A DNA stretch of 64,000 nucleotides, taken from Octopus vulgaris. Taxonomy: Eukaryota. The stretch covers positions 6,696,001 through 6,760,000 of the forward strand of contig OX597831.1 in NCBI GenBank assembly GCA_951406725.2. Reading direction: 5' to 3'. A program made the position numbers and the translations under genes. A model generated the notes under the pieces. The model was not told the origin of the DNA and ran no database searches. It was given only the letters and a program-made list of their open reading frames with translations. Below, in pieces: positions 48,916 through 63,000 of the stretch (the stretch's first letter is position 1; each line of letters opens with the position of its first letter).

Positions 48916-50452
48916 GACATGCGAAACTTCGCCAAATAAAGTCTTCAAAATTGAAAAAATTACGGTTTAAAGTGGGAATCAACCAAATTCTGACCCCGGA
49001 ATTTACGATGCTTAAAACCTAATCGTCCAAAGAAATGAGTTTTTGGCGCATTTGTATAATTTCAGACTATTCTACAGGAACAACCTCCAAATGCGTAAAG
49101 TTTGTTAGTTTGGTTGTTGTTGTTAGAAACGTTAGCACGCCGGGCAAAATGCTTAGCGGTATTTCGTCTGCGTTACGTTGTGAGTTCAAATTCCGCCGAG
49201 GTCGACTTTGCCTTTCATCCTTTCGGGGTCGATAAATTAAGTACCAGTTACGCACTGGGATCGATGTAATCGACTTAATACCTATGTCTGTCCTTGTTTG
49301 TCCCCTCTGTGTTTAGCCCCTTGTGGGTAATAAAGAAATAGGTATTATGTCTGCCGTTACATTCTGAGTTCAAATTCCGCCGAGGTCGACTTTGCCTTTC
49401 ACCCTTTCGGGGTCGATAAATTAAGTACCAGTTACGCACTGGGGTCGATATAATCGACTTAATACCTTGTTTGTCCTCTCTGTGTTTATTGTCCTCTCTG
49501 TGGGTAATAAAGAAATAGGTTGTTGTTATTATTGTTTGGTGTTTGTATTTGAGTTTGAAATGAATCCTAAACACAACGCTACACTCCTTTTATTTCCCGA
49601 AAATAATTTGTAGTTAATCGAAGTAAACTTCTCTTAACTCATATCAAGATAGGTTTCAGAATTAAATGTTGATGTTGTCGATGATGATGATGTCCAGTCC
49701 CAAATCAACCCCGACTCGATGTTCGATTCCAATCAATCTATTTCAGCCACAGACTTCCATCAGGGTGGAGATAGAGATCAAATATTTAAAGACAGAGGGT
49801 CAAATAAAAAGGACCTTTTGTGCTTTTTCGGAATTGAAATAAAACAGCAAAATATTATATTAACGAAAAGGAAAACAGTGATTTTAATCTCTAGTTTTTT
49901 TTTAGCAAACCCAGGAGTAAAAGCTTCCCAACCGTGACCAAACTGATTTTTTAGGGATATTTACATGTCTTACCTAATTTATAACAAAAGAGTGTGATTT
50001 GAGAAAAATTAAGCTGCTATTTCTAGCATATCGAGCACCTGCCTGGAGGTTCATTTCGTTGATGTCTCTTAAATGCCGCGATTATTTGAATTCGTAGTGA
50101 GTGGGAAATGTTTAGTCTCCCACTCAGCCAGGATCGAACAGTATGTTACAGCTGGGACCGTCCCGTTTATTATTTTTTACACACAGTATCTAAGACGATA
50201 TTATTCAATTATTTCCATCGATTTTAAATTTATTTTATTTTAAAGATGACTGGGTGTGGCTGTTATTTCTAGTAGGTCGGGTGGCTGTGGGAAGCTTTCC
50301 TCGTTGGCTGTTTCTATGCCTGGGTTTCTGTATTTACATTTAAAGTTGGATAACATCCTAATTCCGAATACAAATTATACTCTGCTGAAATTACGGGTAC
50401 TACTAGCGAACAGTTATAATTACGGTTACAATTTCAATCAATTCGACATTAT

Positions 50453-50893
50453 GGTACTACTAGCGAACAATGGTCCCGGTGCGCGCACTCGCGTAGTGGC
50501 GCATCCGCACTAGGTAGTCGTGACTAGTCGATCCTACAACGACTACCTAGCAAAGTGAATAAAACACAAAATAAATAATTTTTTTTACTCAAAGTAAATA
50601 ATTTTTGTTAAACAAAGTAAATAAAACACAAAAACACAAAGTAAATAATTTTTCTAACAAAGTAAATCGTAGTGAGTGGGGAAATAACCGATAGAATAAG
50701 TACAGGGCTTACAAAGAATAAGTCCCGGGGTCGATTTGCTCGACTAAAGGTGGTGCTCCAGCATGGCCGCAGTCAAATGACTGAAACAAGTAAAAGAGTA
50801 AAAAAGTAACACAAAAACACAAAGTAAGGATCGACTAGTCATGACGAGCTGGCGCGGATGCGCGCACCGGGACCACTGTTCCCTAGTAGTACC
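50453..50893. mobile_element. Merlin-like MITE (TIR GGTACTACT..., 9-bp TSD) with nested SINE tail
   Basis: Perfect TSD CGACATTAT; TIR fits GGNRM; SINE 3' part inserted at about 50688-50805. Confidence 0.8.
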
Positions 50894-51566
50894 CGACATT
50901 ATTTTCACTATTTAGAAGTCAAATCTTAACACACACAGACATTGGGGTCACCTGCACTAAACTCTGTTCTTTATCCACAAATTCTGACGTCAACAGCAAC
51001 GATCATTATATAAGATCAAAATTTGAAAAGGTTGTGGAAAGCGGGCTTATTCTTGTGTAGTGTAACGGTGTTATGTTTTCTTTTTAACAAAATAATAATG
51101 TAAAGGAGGATATATCTTGATTATAAGGTCTGCTTAGGAAGGTTGACCTGAGACTAAAACAAAACTTGTGTGGATTTATTCATCATTAAAAGTAGGATTA
51201 ACAATTTGAATATACGATCGACACGCGCGCATGCAGGTGCGCGTGTGTGTATGCTGGGGTGCATACACACACACACACACACACATATATATATGTATGT
51301 ATGTTTATATACTTATTAATGCACACACGCGCGCGCTGCGTTAAGGATTGTATCCAGCATTTAATTATGTGTAATAGGAATAATTAGCTATAATCATAAT
51401 TATTAAAATATCTGTAAGTCTTATATAATTATGAAGGATGCCAATGTATATACTATCCCAATGTATGTATATTATATATACATACCAGAGTAAGCACATA
51501 AATGTGAAACAAGGTGGAAAAAATAGTACTCGAATGCCGGAGGTAGAGTAATATGCTTTAATTTAA

Positions 51567-51614
51567 AAAAACTGTCCGACGAACGGGAACGTGAAACTCT
51601 GAGTGACAGTTTTT
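51567..51614 (+). ncRNA. Minimal type-I hammerhead-ribozyme-like motif (Penelope-associated type), probably inactive copy
   Basis: Stem I AAAAACTGT/ACAGTTTTT; core CCGACGA; stem II ACG-GGAA-CGT; GAAA; stem III ACTC-T-GAGT; G at the cleavage position. Confidence 0.6.
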
Positions 51615-52154
51615 GTGATGTCTTTGCAGCTTTTTAAATAAAGTATATATATATATTATGATATGTAGAAAAATACAAACTGTGACAAGAACGCATAACA
51701 CAAACTGTGACAAGAACGCATAACACTTAGAAGACGATACAACAAACACAGACAGGACATTCGAAGCCCTCAGTCTTCAGTCAAGAACCGGATCATCGTA
51801 GTAATTTCGATATATATATATCGTTTTTGGATTTGGTCTGCAAGATTGTTTATATAAAATAACGACTGTGTATGAAGCTACTTACAGTGAAATAGTTGAG
51901 CATATGTTAACGGGGACTTATGTGATATACAATGTTAACATTTTTTATAAATATATAAAACAAACATTTGCAAATTAAAAATGTTGTTGCCTGAGTAGAA
52001 TGGAAAATAAAATTAATGAAAAAAAAAAAGGAAATAAAATTTAATTTGAAATAGATGGAAACTATCCCAAACCCTTCAAAGTTATAAGAGCTGATTCACA
52101 GTCAGAGCATTTTCCCCAATGCATGGGGCTGCCGTTTTCAGTTGTTGACCTGGC

Positions 52155-52490
52155 ACCCACTTGTCCAGCCAATTTGTTTCAGATGGTCCAATACAGTCGG
52201 AATCGAAACATCAAACCTTGCTGCTAACTCATGCTAAGTTAGAGATGTATCTGCTTCTACTACAGTTTCCAGCCCATCGTTATCCACCTTGGTTTCAGGT
52301 CTATTATGGAGCTAATTTTGAAGAGTAAAGTCACAGACCAGAACTTCTCAAACCATTGATATACAGGGCGCTCATTCGCCACATCTTCACCAAACAGCTC
52401 ATTGATGTTTCGAGCTGTCTAGGATACACTGGTTCCACGGTGGAACTCATATTCATAAACAATATGAATTTTTTATCTATCTATGGGTTT
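52155..52490 (-). mobile_element. Mariner transposase N-terminal remnant
   Basis: Minus-strand ANER.VYQWFEKF...RPETKVDND...HELAARFDVSIPTVLDHLKQIG...LDKWVP, with frameshifts. Confidence 0.75.
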
Positions 52491-54228
52491 ACAAAAATTG
52501 ATTTACAAAAGAAAGCTCACAATATAATCAGACATCATAAATTGCATTTTGAAAAGTGATGATGAATTAACTTTTAAATGTTGTAAAAGAAAGAATTGTC
52601 AGAATAAAACATTAGAGTTAACAATTGTCAAACTTGGTGCATAAGAAAATTGGACATTTCATTCTTAATGACCTGATACAATTAGCATGTGAAAAAAAAG
52701 GATAATTCTTGATCAAAGGTCTGATTAAACCGTGAAGCAATCTAGTTCATTAAAAGTAGACACAAATGTTGAAAACGCAAAATTTCATATATGCAAACTA
52801 CCCCCATTATAAATGCGTTCAGTGTTTTTTTGTAAAAGTTTAAGTCCTTTGGATACTGGAGATAAAGCAGAACAAGTGTTGTGCTGATGATGCCTGTTGA
52901 GGCAGGAACACATGCCCACGACTGCCCCCTTATTTTCAGACAATAATCCAGTCCTTTTCTTTAATGACAATTCTGGAAAATTTTCAATTCTTGAGATTAT
53001 CTCTCTTTCTCAGTTGCCATTTGGTATTTATGATACATCCTCTTGAGACAAATATAATTCTAATGAAATCAAGAATTTGTGTTATATGGTATTTAACACA
53101 CCAGTATTTGGTCTATGGGGCTCATATACATACCACTGGACACTCTGAATTATTTCTGTTAGCTCATTGTTGTTTATACATACATACATATATATATATC
53201 ATCATCATAGTAATTTAATGTCCATTGTCCATGCTGGAGTGGGTTGAACAGTTTGACCAGGGCTGGCCAGCTGGAAGGCTGCACCAGACTCCAGTCTGAT
53301 TTGGCATGATTTTTCTATGGCTGGGTGCCCTTCCTAACACCAACCATTCTGAGAATATAATTGGTGCTTTTACGCGCCACTGGCATGGGTGCCATTTGCA
53401 TGACACCAGTATCTGCCTTGACTGTGATTTTACTTGGCTTGATGAGTCTTCTTCTCAAGAACAGCATAATGCCAAAAGTTTTGGTCATTCATCATTGTTT
53501 CCATGAGGCCCAACACTCAAAAGGTGCTTTTTACATGTCACTGACATGGGTGCCAGATACATGGCACCAGCATAAGTCACAACTACAATTTCAATTGGCT
53601 TGCCGGGTCCTCTCAAGCACAGGATATCGCCAAAGGTCTCAGTCACTGGTCATTGCCTCTGTGAGACCCAAAGTTTGAAGGTCATGCTTCACCACCTCAT
53701 CTCATGTCTTCCTGGGTCTACCTCTACCACAGGTTCCCTTCACAATCTGAGATCAGCACTTCTTATATATATATATATCATCATCATTGTCTAACGTCCG
53801 CTTTCCATGCTGTCATGGGTTGGACGGTTTGACTGAGGACTGGAGAGCCAGATGGTTGCACCAGGCTCCAATCTTGATCTGGCAGAGTTTCTACAGCTGG
53901 ATGCCCTTCCTAACACCAACCACTCCAAGAGTGTAGTGGGTGCTTTTTACGTGCCACTGGCACTGGTGCCAGTCAGGTGGTACTAGCAATGACCTTGCTC
54001 GAATGGTGCTTTTTATGTGCCACCTGCACAGGAGCCAGTCCAGCGGCACTGGCAATGACCTTGCTCGAATGTTTTTTTCACATGCCAGTAAGGCGATGCT
54101 AGTAATGATCATGCTCGAATGGTGCTTTTTACATGCCACCGGCACAGAAGCCAGTTAGCTGCTCTGGCAATGATCACACTCGGATGGTGCTCTTAGCGTT
54201 CCACTAGCACGGATGCCAGTCATCGAAA

Positions 54229-54593
54229 TCTCTATATATAAACAGCAAAATGTCTGGCTGTGTGTGTATCCTTTATACAAATCTACAATTTTTCAGTTAG
54301 AGGGCTCGCACTTTCTATGGTCATTCAAAACCGTCCAAGAGTGGTCGTGCACATCTTTACATTTCCCCAGTCACTCCCCAAAGCCATTAAAAAATCAATA
54401 GAAGTGACGTTTTTGTGAATTTTCTATCCAAAACCCAATCAAAATGCCCGAAACTTGATACGCCAATTGAACGCCAGCTAGATGTAAGTGATTGGTTGGA
54501 GACTTGGACAGTACTCGCGTGCATGTGTGCATGCATGCAGCTGTATATGCATGCACTAGCACTATGACCGACATTGCCGGGTCATAGTGCTAG
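54229..54593 (+). mobile_element. Non-autonomous Helitron, second family
   Basis: 5' TCTCTATATATAAAC, 3' hairpin and CTAG, A|T site. Copies at 6112-6475(-) and about 45838-46159(-, hairpin missing). Confidence 0.8.
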
Positions 54594-55565
54594 TCATAAA
54601 TAATTGTAATATTGTAATAGGGTACATTCTTAAGATGAGAGATGTTGACTACTATGAGGATTGGTGGTAGAATAAAAGTGAATAGGAGGATGAGGGGACA
54701 CTGCGTTTTGTCTAATAATTCATGGCCAACAACATCTGTTTGAGCAGCAAAGAACTTAGCCGCAACTGATGCTTATGGTGCATCATCTCTTTATGCAGCT
54801 CAGTGTAGGAACTGAGCTCATTGTAAATTTCTCTTGCAATTCTCATGTTACATTCATAATTAGGTTCTTAGTCAGTAAAAATTTATAGATCTTCCTCTAT
54901 AAGTGCCAATCATCATCATCAGCATTTAACATCCGTTTTCCATGCTAGCATAGGTTGGATCAGGGTCTGGTAAGCCATGGAGGCTGCACCAGGCTCTAGT
55001 CTGATTTGGCAGTGTTTCTATAGCTGGATGCCCTTCCTAATGCCAACCACTCCGTGAGTGTAGTGGGTGTTTTTTATGTGCCACTGGCACAGGGGCTAGA
55101 GCAGGCTGGCAAGCAGCCACAATCGGTTGGTGTTTTTACGTGTCACCGACACAGATGCCAGTCAGGTGGTGCTGGCATCTGCCATGTTCGGATGGTGCTT
55201 TTTACGTGTCACCAGCACAGGAGTCTTAACTACAATTTCCATTTGAATTTTTATTTTGATGTTGACGTACTTGACTCAATAGGTCTCCTCAAGAACAGCG
55301 GGTCACTCTACGATCCACGGTTAGCACAGCAGGCCGTCCTGCGAGCCATGAACTCACTTCATTTGTCGGGTCTTCAAAGTCACAGCATATCTCCAGAGAT
55401 CTCGGTCTTTCGTCACAGCCTCTGTGAGACTCAAAGTACGAAGGTCATGTTTAACCACCTTGTCCCATGTCTTCCTGGGTCTACCTCTACCCCGGATTCC
55501 TTCAACAGTTTGGGAGTGGCACTTCCTCACACATCTCTCCTCATCCATCCGTAGTACATGACCAT

Positions 55566-56600
55566 ATTCAATTGAGATGGAATTTGAAGAGTTTCCATTC
55601 ACAGCTTGTTCCTCTTCTAACACCAATTCCTCCTCATTACATAAACTTTCTTTATAGAAAACAAGCAACTCAATCACATCATCCTTTAATGAATTCTTCA
55701 AATCTTACATCTTTTGCAAGCGTCACAATATCTTTCCAAATCTGATGTAGTTTTTCTGCTAGCAGACAACTTATAGTCAGAGACACAGTTTGGTCATATA
55801 TTTTCCCAAGCACCATTCATAGTTGATGGATTCACTTCATCCCATGATTCAGTAAGGCTATCCACGTCATCCATTATGTTCAACTTTTCCCATGAGTCCC
55901 TAACTCTAGGTTTATTCTCCTTGTCAATTGCTTTCATAATTTGTTAAAAAGTTCTTCTCTGATAATAATAAGTTAGCTAGCATACCTTCAACCACTGACT
56001 GGAGCAACAAAGTTGTATTCTTGGGATGTATTCCACTCTCATATATCAACAGAAAGCTCATTTAAGTTCACTGGGTGTCTTGGTGCGTTGTCTAAAAGGA
56101 GCGACACTTTATTGGAAATATTATGCCTAACACCGTTCCTTTCAACTGTAGAACAAAATATTTGAGAAGTCTCTTACCCATCCATGACTCCTTACTAGAA
56201 CACCCAATCAGAAGTAAATAATCTTTGCCTTATCATCTAAAGCCCTTAGATTTTTGGAGCAATACATGAGTGTGAGGGTGGGGGTTAAATTCTGGTGTTA
56301 ATTTTTCTTCTCAAGAAATAAAAGTTCTGGCAAGCAAGAGCTGTTTGAAAAGGGAAGATTCATCAACATTGTATTACTTGCTCTGATATGTAGACTCCCT
56401 TTAGAAACCTTTTTTTTTTTCTTTGGCTATTCAGGATAATCAGCCGCAGCCTCTGTATCAACACTGGCAGGTTTCACCAATCATTTTTGTGTGGTGCAAA
56501 TTCAACCACTTCTTAAATCTTTCAAACCAGCTTTCACCAGCCGGAAAACTTTTTACATCAGAAGTTTCTTCCTCCATTTTCTGTAAACCATCACACAAAC
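55566..56600 (-). mobile_element. Tigger/pogo-like transposase remnant
   Basis: Minus-strand SWFERFKK and LLLDNAPRHP motifs, many stops and frameshifts. Confidence 0.65.
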
Positions 56601-57249
56601 TTTTGGCTTTTTAAAAATCACCATCATGCTTATTGTCAGAACTGGTCCTTAATCTATAACACCCAAGAGATGTTCCATTTTGATGGTACAATGTAAAAAG
56701 CACCCATACTGGTGCCACAAGAAAGCATCCAGTACACTCTGTGAAATGGTTGGCATTAGGAAGGACAGAGAAACCAAGCCAAAACACTAAAACAGACCAT
56801 GGAACCTGGTACAGCCACTTGTCTTGCCAGCTTCTAGCAAACTGTTCAACCAGCATAGAAAACGGACGTTAAATGATGATGATGACTTTGATTACGACAA
56901 AATAAAGCTTATGTAATTAATGGAGTAATTTCTGGAGCACTTGACTTCTCTTTTTGTTAATGTTTTGGCAATGTGGTTGATATTTTTCTTCCACATGAAA
57001 AGTTTATCAAGTTTAATATCCAGTGTAATTCTTTTACGGTTCCTTTTCATGCTTTTACCTTCGTTTCAGATAGTCCAATAAATAGACAAACCTACCTACC
57101 TACCTGTAACAAACTTCACAGATATAACCTGTAAATGGAGCAAACCAGCTCCATCATTCTCGGAAGAATAATAGATGAAAAAGAAGAAAAAAATATGAGG
57201 GAGAAAAGGAAAGACAAGAGAAAAGCGGAGAGAAAGAAGGCAGGAATTG

Positions 57250-57292
<43 letters not shown>

Positions 57293-57362
57293 ATAGATAG
57301 ATAGACAGGGAAAGAAAGGAGAGAGAGGGAGGGAAAGAAAGGAGAGAGAAAGAGAGAGAGGT
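57250..57362. repeat. (GA)n / (GATA)n purine-rich microsatellite
   Basis: Direct observation. Confidence 0.9.
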
Positions 57363-59430
57363 GTTGGGAAGTCGTAGTTTCTGTCTATCATTTAAATTTC
57401 TTTTTATTATAATGGGGTCACGCTATCTCTTTTTCCTAGGAATATGAAAACATTTCATCTCTGTATGACAGACATTGGTTAAGCAGAATAATTGTTTAGC
57501 ATTTGTATTTTAAGAGACTGGTCGTTGTTAAGTCATCCCCCTATCATAGAAGGTTATGACTTGACTCTCCTTTAATTACACACTAATAAACTACAAGATA
57601 TTATTACACTTTTAATCTCTTTTCTTAAAGCGGTAATCTATGGTTAACTGCTACTTCTAATAGTTGGATTAACGCATAGACATTGCCTTGTTAACACGGA
57701 TTAAAGTTTATATTAGTTTCATGGCAACTGTTGACTGGCGCATTGACGATGTCTGATTAAGAAGTGACCTGCTTCTTATCTTGTTGAAGGTCCTTTAATG
57801 ATTTAAAGAAAACTAAATTGTTTAATATTTCTGTGAGAAAAGTGGAGGGTATTTAGAAACAATTAGAATAATAATATAGCCATAGTCACAATCTTGCTTT
57901 CGACCCGCTAGAAATAACAGCCAAATCTTCCTTACATAAACGATAGAGAGGACAATAAATCCCTTATCTATCTATTTAACTGTCTATCTATCTATCTATA
58001 TAATGAGCATATACATATATGTATAAATCGTCTTTGTAGTCGCTTGCTAGAAATAACAGTCAAATCTCAAACTACACTGCACTACTGCCTTAAAATTATT
58101 GGAAAATTTAATGTCCGTTTATAAAAAAAATTGGGGTTCGTATCTTGTTAGAGCTACTTTAATAACTTAAATATCTTTAACAATAATTTGTTTTTCAAGT
58201 CTGATCTCGGCCTGAATAATATAATTGCTTCGTTTATAAGTTTCTTTATGTTTCCCGCCTGATAAATTAACGGTTAGTCTCATATCTATGTCGTTAGATA
58301 TCATTTTATAAAATTATATTCTTCTGAATCAAACCTTGAAACCCACTGAATGTTTTAATTTCAAATAAAATAATTGAAGTCTGAAATAAACTATCAAATG
58401 ATATGGTTTTAATAAACTTCATTTTCACGTTTCTAAAAATGTGTAATTTAATAAAAAGTAAACGTTGAGAAGAATCTGATTTTTAATCAATCACTTCGTC
58501 TCTAATTTATATCTTCAGTGGAAAATTTGTCTGCACCAGTATTTAAATCTTTTCTTTCATAAATGTCCTTAAATTTATAATTACATAATCTTGCATTTTA
58601 ATTCTTTGATTTATAAATAAATTGATTTAATCACGAAATTCGTATTAAATATTAAAACTTTTTCTCAAACCTTATTTTATATAATAGCTGAAAGCCTGCT
58701 TTTGAACAAATAACTATTTAATTGTTTGCTTGTTCAACTTTTTCCCCATAAAATTCCAACATAATCAATTAATCAACATCACCCGAAAAGTATTTATAGA
58801 AAATTTCATTAATAGTTTTTCTGCAAGTTCTGAGTCAACCACAGACATCGAGGTACTCTTGTGCAGTTAAACCAATGTTTCTTTTATAAATCTCTAAATA
58901 GCCAATTTCTAATATTTAAAAAAGTATTGACACATACATAAATCATATTTTGTACCGAATTCTATTTTAGTTATATTTTAAGAATATTAATTGTAAATTC
59001 GTCTTTCGTAATTCCTTCCTCACACCTTAATTTCCTAATGTAAATTATGAATGTAATAAGTTTCTATTTAAGCACAGTGTCCCTAGAATTCACAAAATGT
59101 CTGGTAAGACTTCACCTTCAGTATTAAAACTCACACATTTGGAGAAGTTGTGAACTCATCGATACGGTTTCAATTCCCCTTTACACTTTTGCAAACGTTG
59201 CTACTGTCCCATACAATATCCTCACTACTATCAATTTAACAAATAACCTTGTTTATTTTATTATAAAACATTTTATCGTATTTTAAAACTAAGCTGTAAC
59301 GAGACAAGTTCCTACATAATTCAAGTTCCCACATAAATAATAAAATGAAAAATTTCTTCATTTGAAGAAGTAAAACGAAAATCGCGATAAAATTGCTAAA
59401 AAGTGGCTCCAGAACGCAAGCTGAAATAAA

Positions 59431-59580
59431 CCAATCAGAAGCCAGAAAATGGTTTGTTAAGAGCCAATGAAAACGTGTCGTTTAACAGCCAATCAGAATC
59501 GAAGCGCTAAATACAATTTACCAACCAGGGGGAGTGTGTTAGTGTATAAAATCTCGTACATTTTCGTCGTTTTTTCATTC
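59431..59580 (+). promoter_or_regulatory. Histone H3 promoter
   Basis: CCAAT at 59431, 59464 and 59489; TATAAAA at 59545; initiator-like TCATTC at 59575-59580, about 30 nt downstream of TATA. Confidence 0.85.
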
Positions 59581-59597
59581 AGCATTTTGCAAATTGA

Positions 59598-60017
<420 letters not shown>

Positions 60018-60047
60018 TTTCTTAATTTGAAGAAAAAAAATCTAAAC

Positions 60048-60084
60048 GGCCCTTTTAAGGGCCACCTACATTCTCATGAAAGTG
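60048..60084 (+). terminator. Histone 3' stem-loop and putative U7-binding downstream element
   Basis: GGCCCTTTTAAGGGCC (60048-60063) followed by ACCTA; purine-rich GAAAGTG about 15 nt downstream. Confidence 0.92.
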
Positions 60085-63000
60085 ATCCCATCTTCTAAAT
60101 ATTTTGCACTTTTTTTCGTTTTGTAAACGGTGTAATTTAAGAGACTGTCAGTTGGGTCGTGTCCAATTAATTCCTGCTGTTCATATTGAATTTTTGGCGC
60201 TAAAATCGGACAAAACAACGAATAGAGTAAGTTGGATTCGCAGAGAAATATCAACATTTTGCACCGATTTTGTATTTTTTTTCTTCTAGAAACTGGAACC
60301 GATCTTCTAAAACAGTTGGCGACTTCTGAAATTTCCCGCCTAGTTTTTATGTCCGTTATTTTTGTTTCGTTTGTCTCGCTTCTAATTTTAAATTTTCCTT
60401 TTCATAATGAAAACATTTGCACTCTTCGAAAGGAATGATGTAACATTCGTTTCGAATTTTGTCTTCGCGCTATTCCTTTTTCGAACCGTGGGAATGAATC
60501 TGTGATAGACTAAAAACTAGAGGGGTCTGGGGATTAGAAATGAAGACAAACTGCAGACGGTTAATAATTATTAGCTTTTTTTAAAGGTAGACGTGCACTG
60601 TTATTCCCGAGATATTATTCCTTTCGGTGATCGAAAACTAATTTATCGCAAGCAAACTTCTTAAATATCTGCTCTAAACCCACCATCCTACCGATAAAAC
60701 GAAATTAGAAAGGATTCTTAATTTTCTGTCAATTGTCGCGAATTGTGTGAATTTTCGAAATACTTGAGATTTTTATTAAATTACACAGTAACCTGTAAAA
60801 GTCAAAATGCTGAATTACCTAGTGTTTCTCCTGACATAACTTATAGAAATTATTTTTTTTTTCCAATTAGATCTGAATTTGAAAGTTTTCTCAGTGAAAT
60901 TGAAATGTAAGAGCGCGCACTGTTCGCTAGTAGTACCCTGTAGTTCATTGAGCTTCATAACTTTCGGAAAAAAAATCTAAAATTCACGGAATTAAAATTC
61001 GATCGTTGTACAAAACTAAATGAACTGTTAACGAAGTATAATCACGTGTATTCACGAATGTACGAAAGATTTGCTGATATTCTCATTTAAATATGAATAG
61101 GTAAATACGGGCGGCTTTTGTAACAAAAGGTTAAAATTATAGGCAATTTACACGCATCACTTTTTCTGCTCGAAATTTCTAGTTTCATATAAAATCATTT
61201 TATACTTTGAAAGATTAAAAATTTCCTTTCTCGAAGAAAAGGTTTGAGGGTATTCAGGGTACTACTAGCGAACAGTGGTCCCGGTGCGCGCACTTTACAT
61301 TTCAATTTAACTCTTGATACCGATTTGCCTGAAACTGCAGATAAAATAATTTACTTAGTTTAAAAAATTATTTACTTTGTTCGAAAAATATTTAATTTGT
61401 GTAAAACAAATTATACATTAAAAAAAAAAATTTATTTACTTGCGCGAATCTATTTATTTGCATACGTGCATCTCGTAGGATCGACTACTTCGGACTAGCT
61501 ATAGCACGCAACGGGACCCCTCTTTGCTAGTAGTACCGAAACGGCCCAGAGTTTGGATAAAAATTTCCTGTTTTAATGATTTTTTTTTTCATTTTTTTTA
61601 AATGAAAACCCCTCAATTCCATGCAAAATTTGTTCCAAATATGAATTAAATGTTATTTTTCAAACTCAGTTGAAAGACAAAGTAATGCAACAAAAATGTG
61701 CTGATAAACGGGTTTAAACATTAACATCCATAATTAACCAGTTAAAAATTTTTTTCATCTTTAACGAAACCCAGGTCAGTGGAACTATAATTGGGTCTCT
61801 TGTCTGTGTTACCACTTAACGTCCGTTGCCTATGCAATGACAAGTCATTACCGTCAATTTTTAAATTATAGGAAATATTTGCCAATAGCTCTTTTGAAAT
61901 TAGATAATGTAATTTTTTTAAAGAGAAATTTGCTGTTTTAAGCTTATCTCAAACCTTCCATTGTAATTTCATGTAACTTGTTCCTTACCACAAGCTTAAA
62001 AGTAAAGATTTTGACCGAATTATTTTCCAAATTTGAAACTAAGGCATTAGTTCGAGACCTGGGAATTAAGTCAAAGGTGCCAATTTTTAATCAATTTATC
62101 TAAGTTTAGCAATTATAGCTGGATGTTGGGTCACGTGCAAATACAGTTCACCTGGAATTTATGAAAAAAACGAATGTTGGATAAGTTTTTCACATGTCTT
62201 TATTTATATTTTATAAGGAAAACTGGAGAAAAACTTTCAAGAGTAAAACTTGAATTTTTTATTTTATTTTGATAGTGATTAATTTTGTATTAAATTTTTA
62301 GTTGACAAAAAAAAATTGTAAATCAAACGAAAGAAATGTGTATCCCTGTTTAAGGGTGGCATGAAATGAAGTTAAACTTAGTCAAAGTGAAGAGGGGGGG
62401 ATTCAATTAAGGCAAAGTTCATGTAACTATTGTCATAATTATCACAATTGTGTTTTATAATTAAGGGTGATGACAATAGCAAAAAATGTAATTTGTTTTT
62501 AAATCTCTTCATTTGGTCTGCCATAAGCATATTCCCACTAAAACTGGTACAAACTGTAATTTTGAAAACTTCCTTGTTTGACAAACAAGAAATCAACATT
62601 TTTGCATATGGCCCTGGGATACAGAAATCTGAAGTATGAAATAAGTGCAACTGTCCTTACATTTAAACTGCAATTATGAATTAAGTTCAACCATGAGCAC
62701 TCTTTCAATGGTTATTAGCAGCAAATACAGGTATTTACAGGTCAGTTTCTTAGTAGGTACAGCTTAGCTGTGTGGCTAAGAAGGTTCCTTCATAACTATG
62801 TAGTTTCAAGTTCAATCCCTCTGCAAGGTAACAGTCAACCAAAATCCATATGAATGAATTTGAACCAACCAGTTGTTAGTTGACTTAATCTGCTGCTTGG
62901 TTAAACACCACCATTTAGTGAAGTTACTCTGGCAAGTATTAGGACTTCGTGTCTGTTGTGAGAATAACTTCTTGCCTTCCTGCTAGCAGTCGAACAGGCC

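Noticed and set aside
53935-54225. Repeat-spacer pattern resembling a CRISPR array
   Set aside because: Eukaryotic context, no cas genes, spacers related to each other, and part of the RTE 3' UTR.
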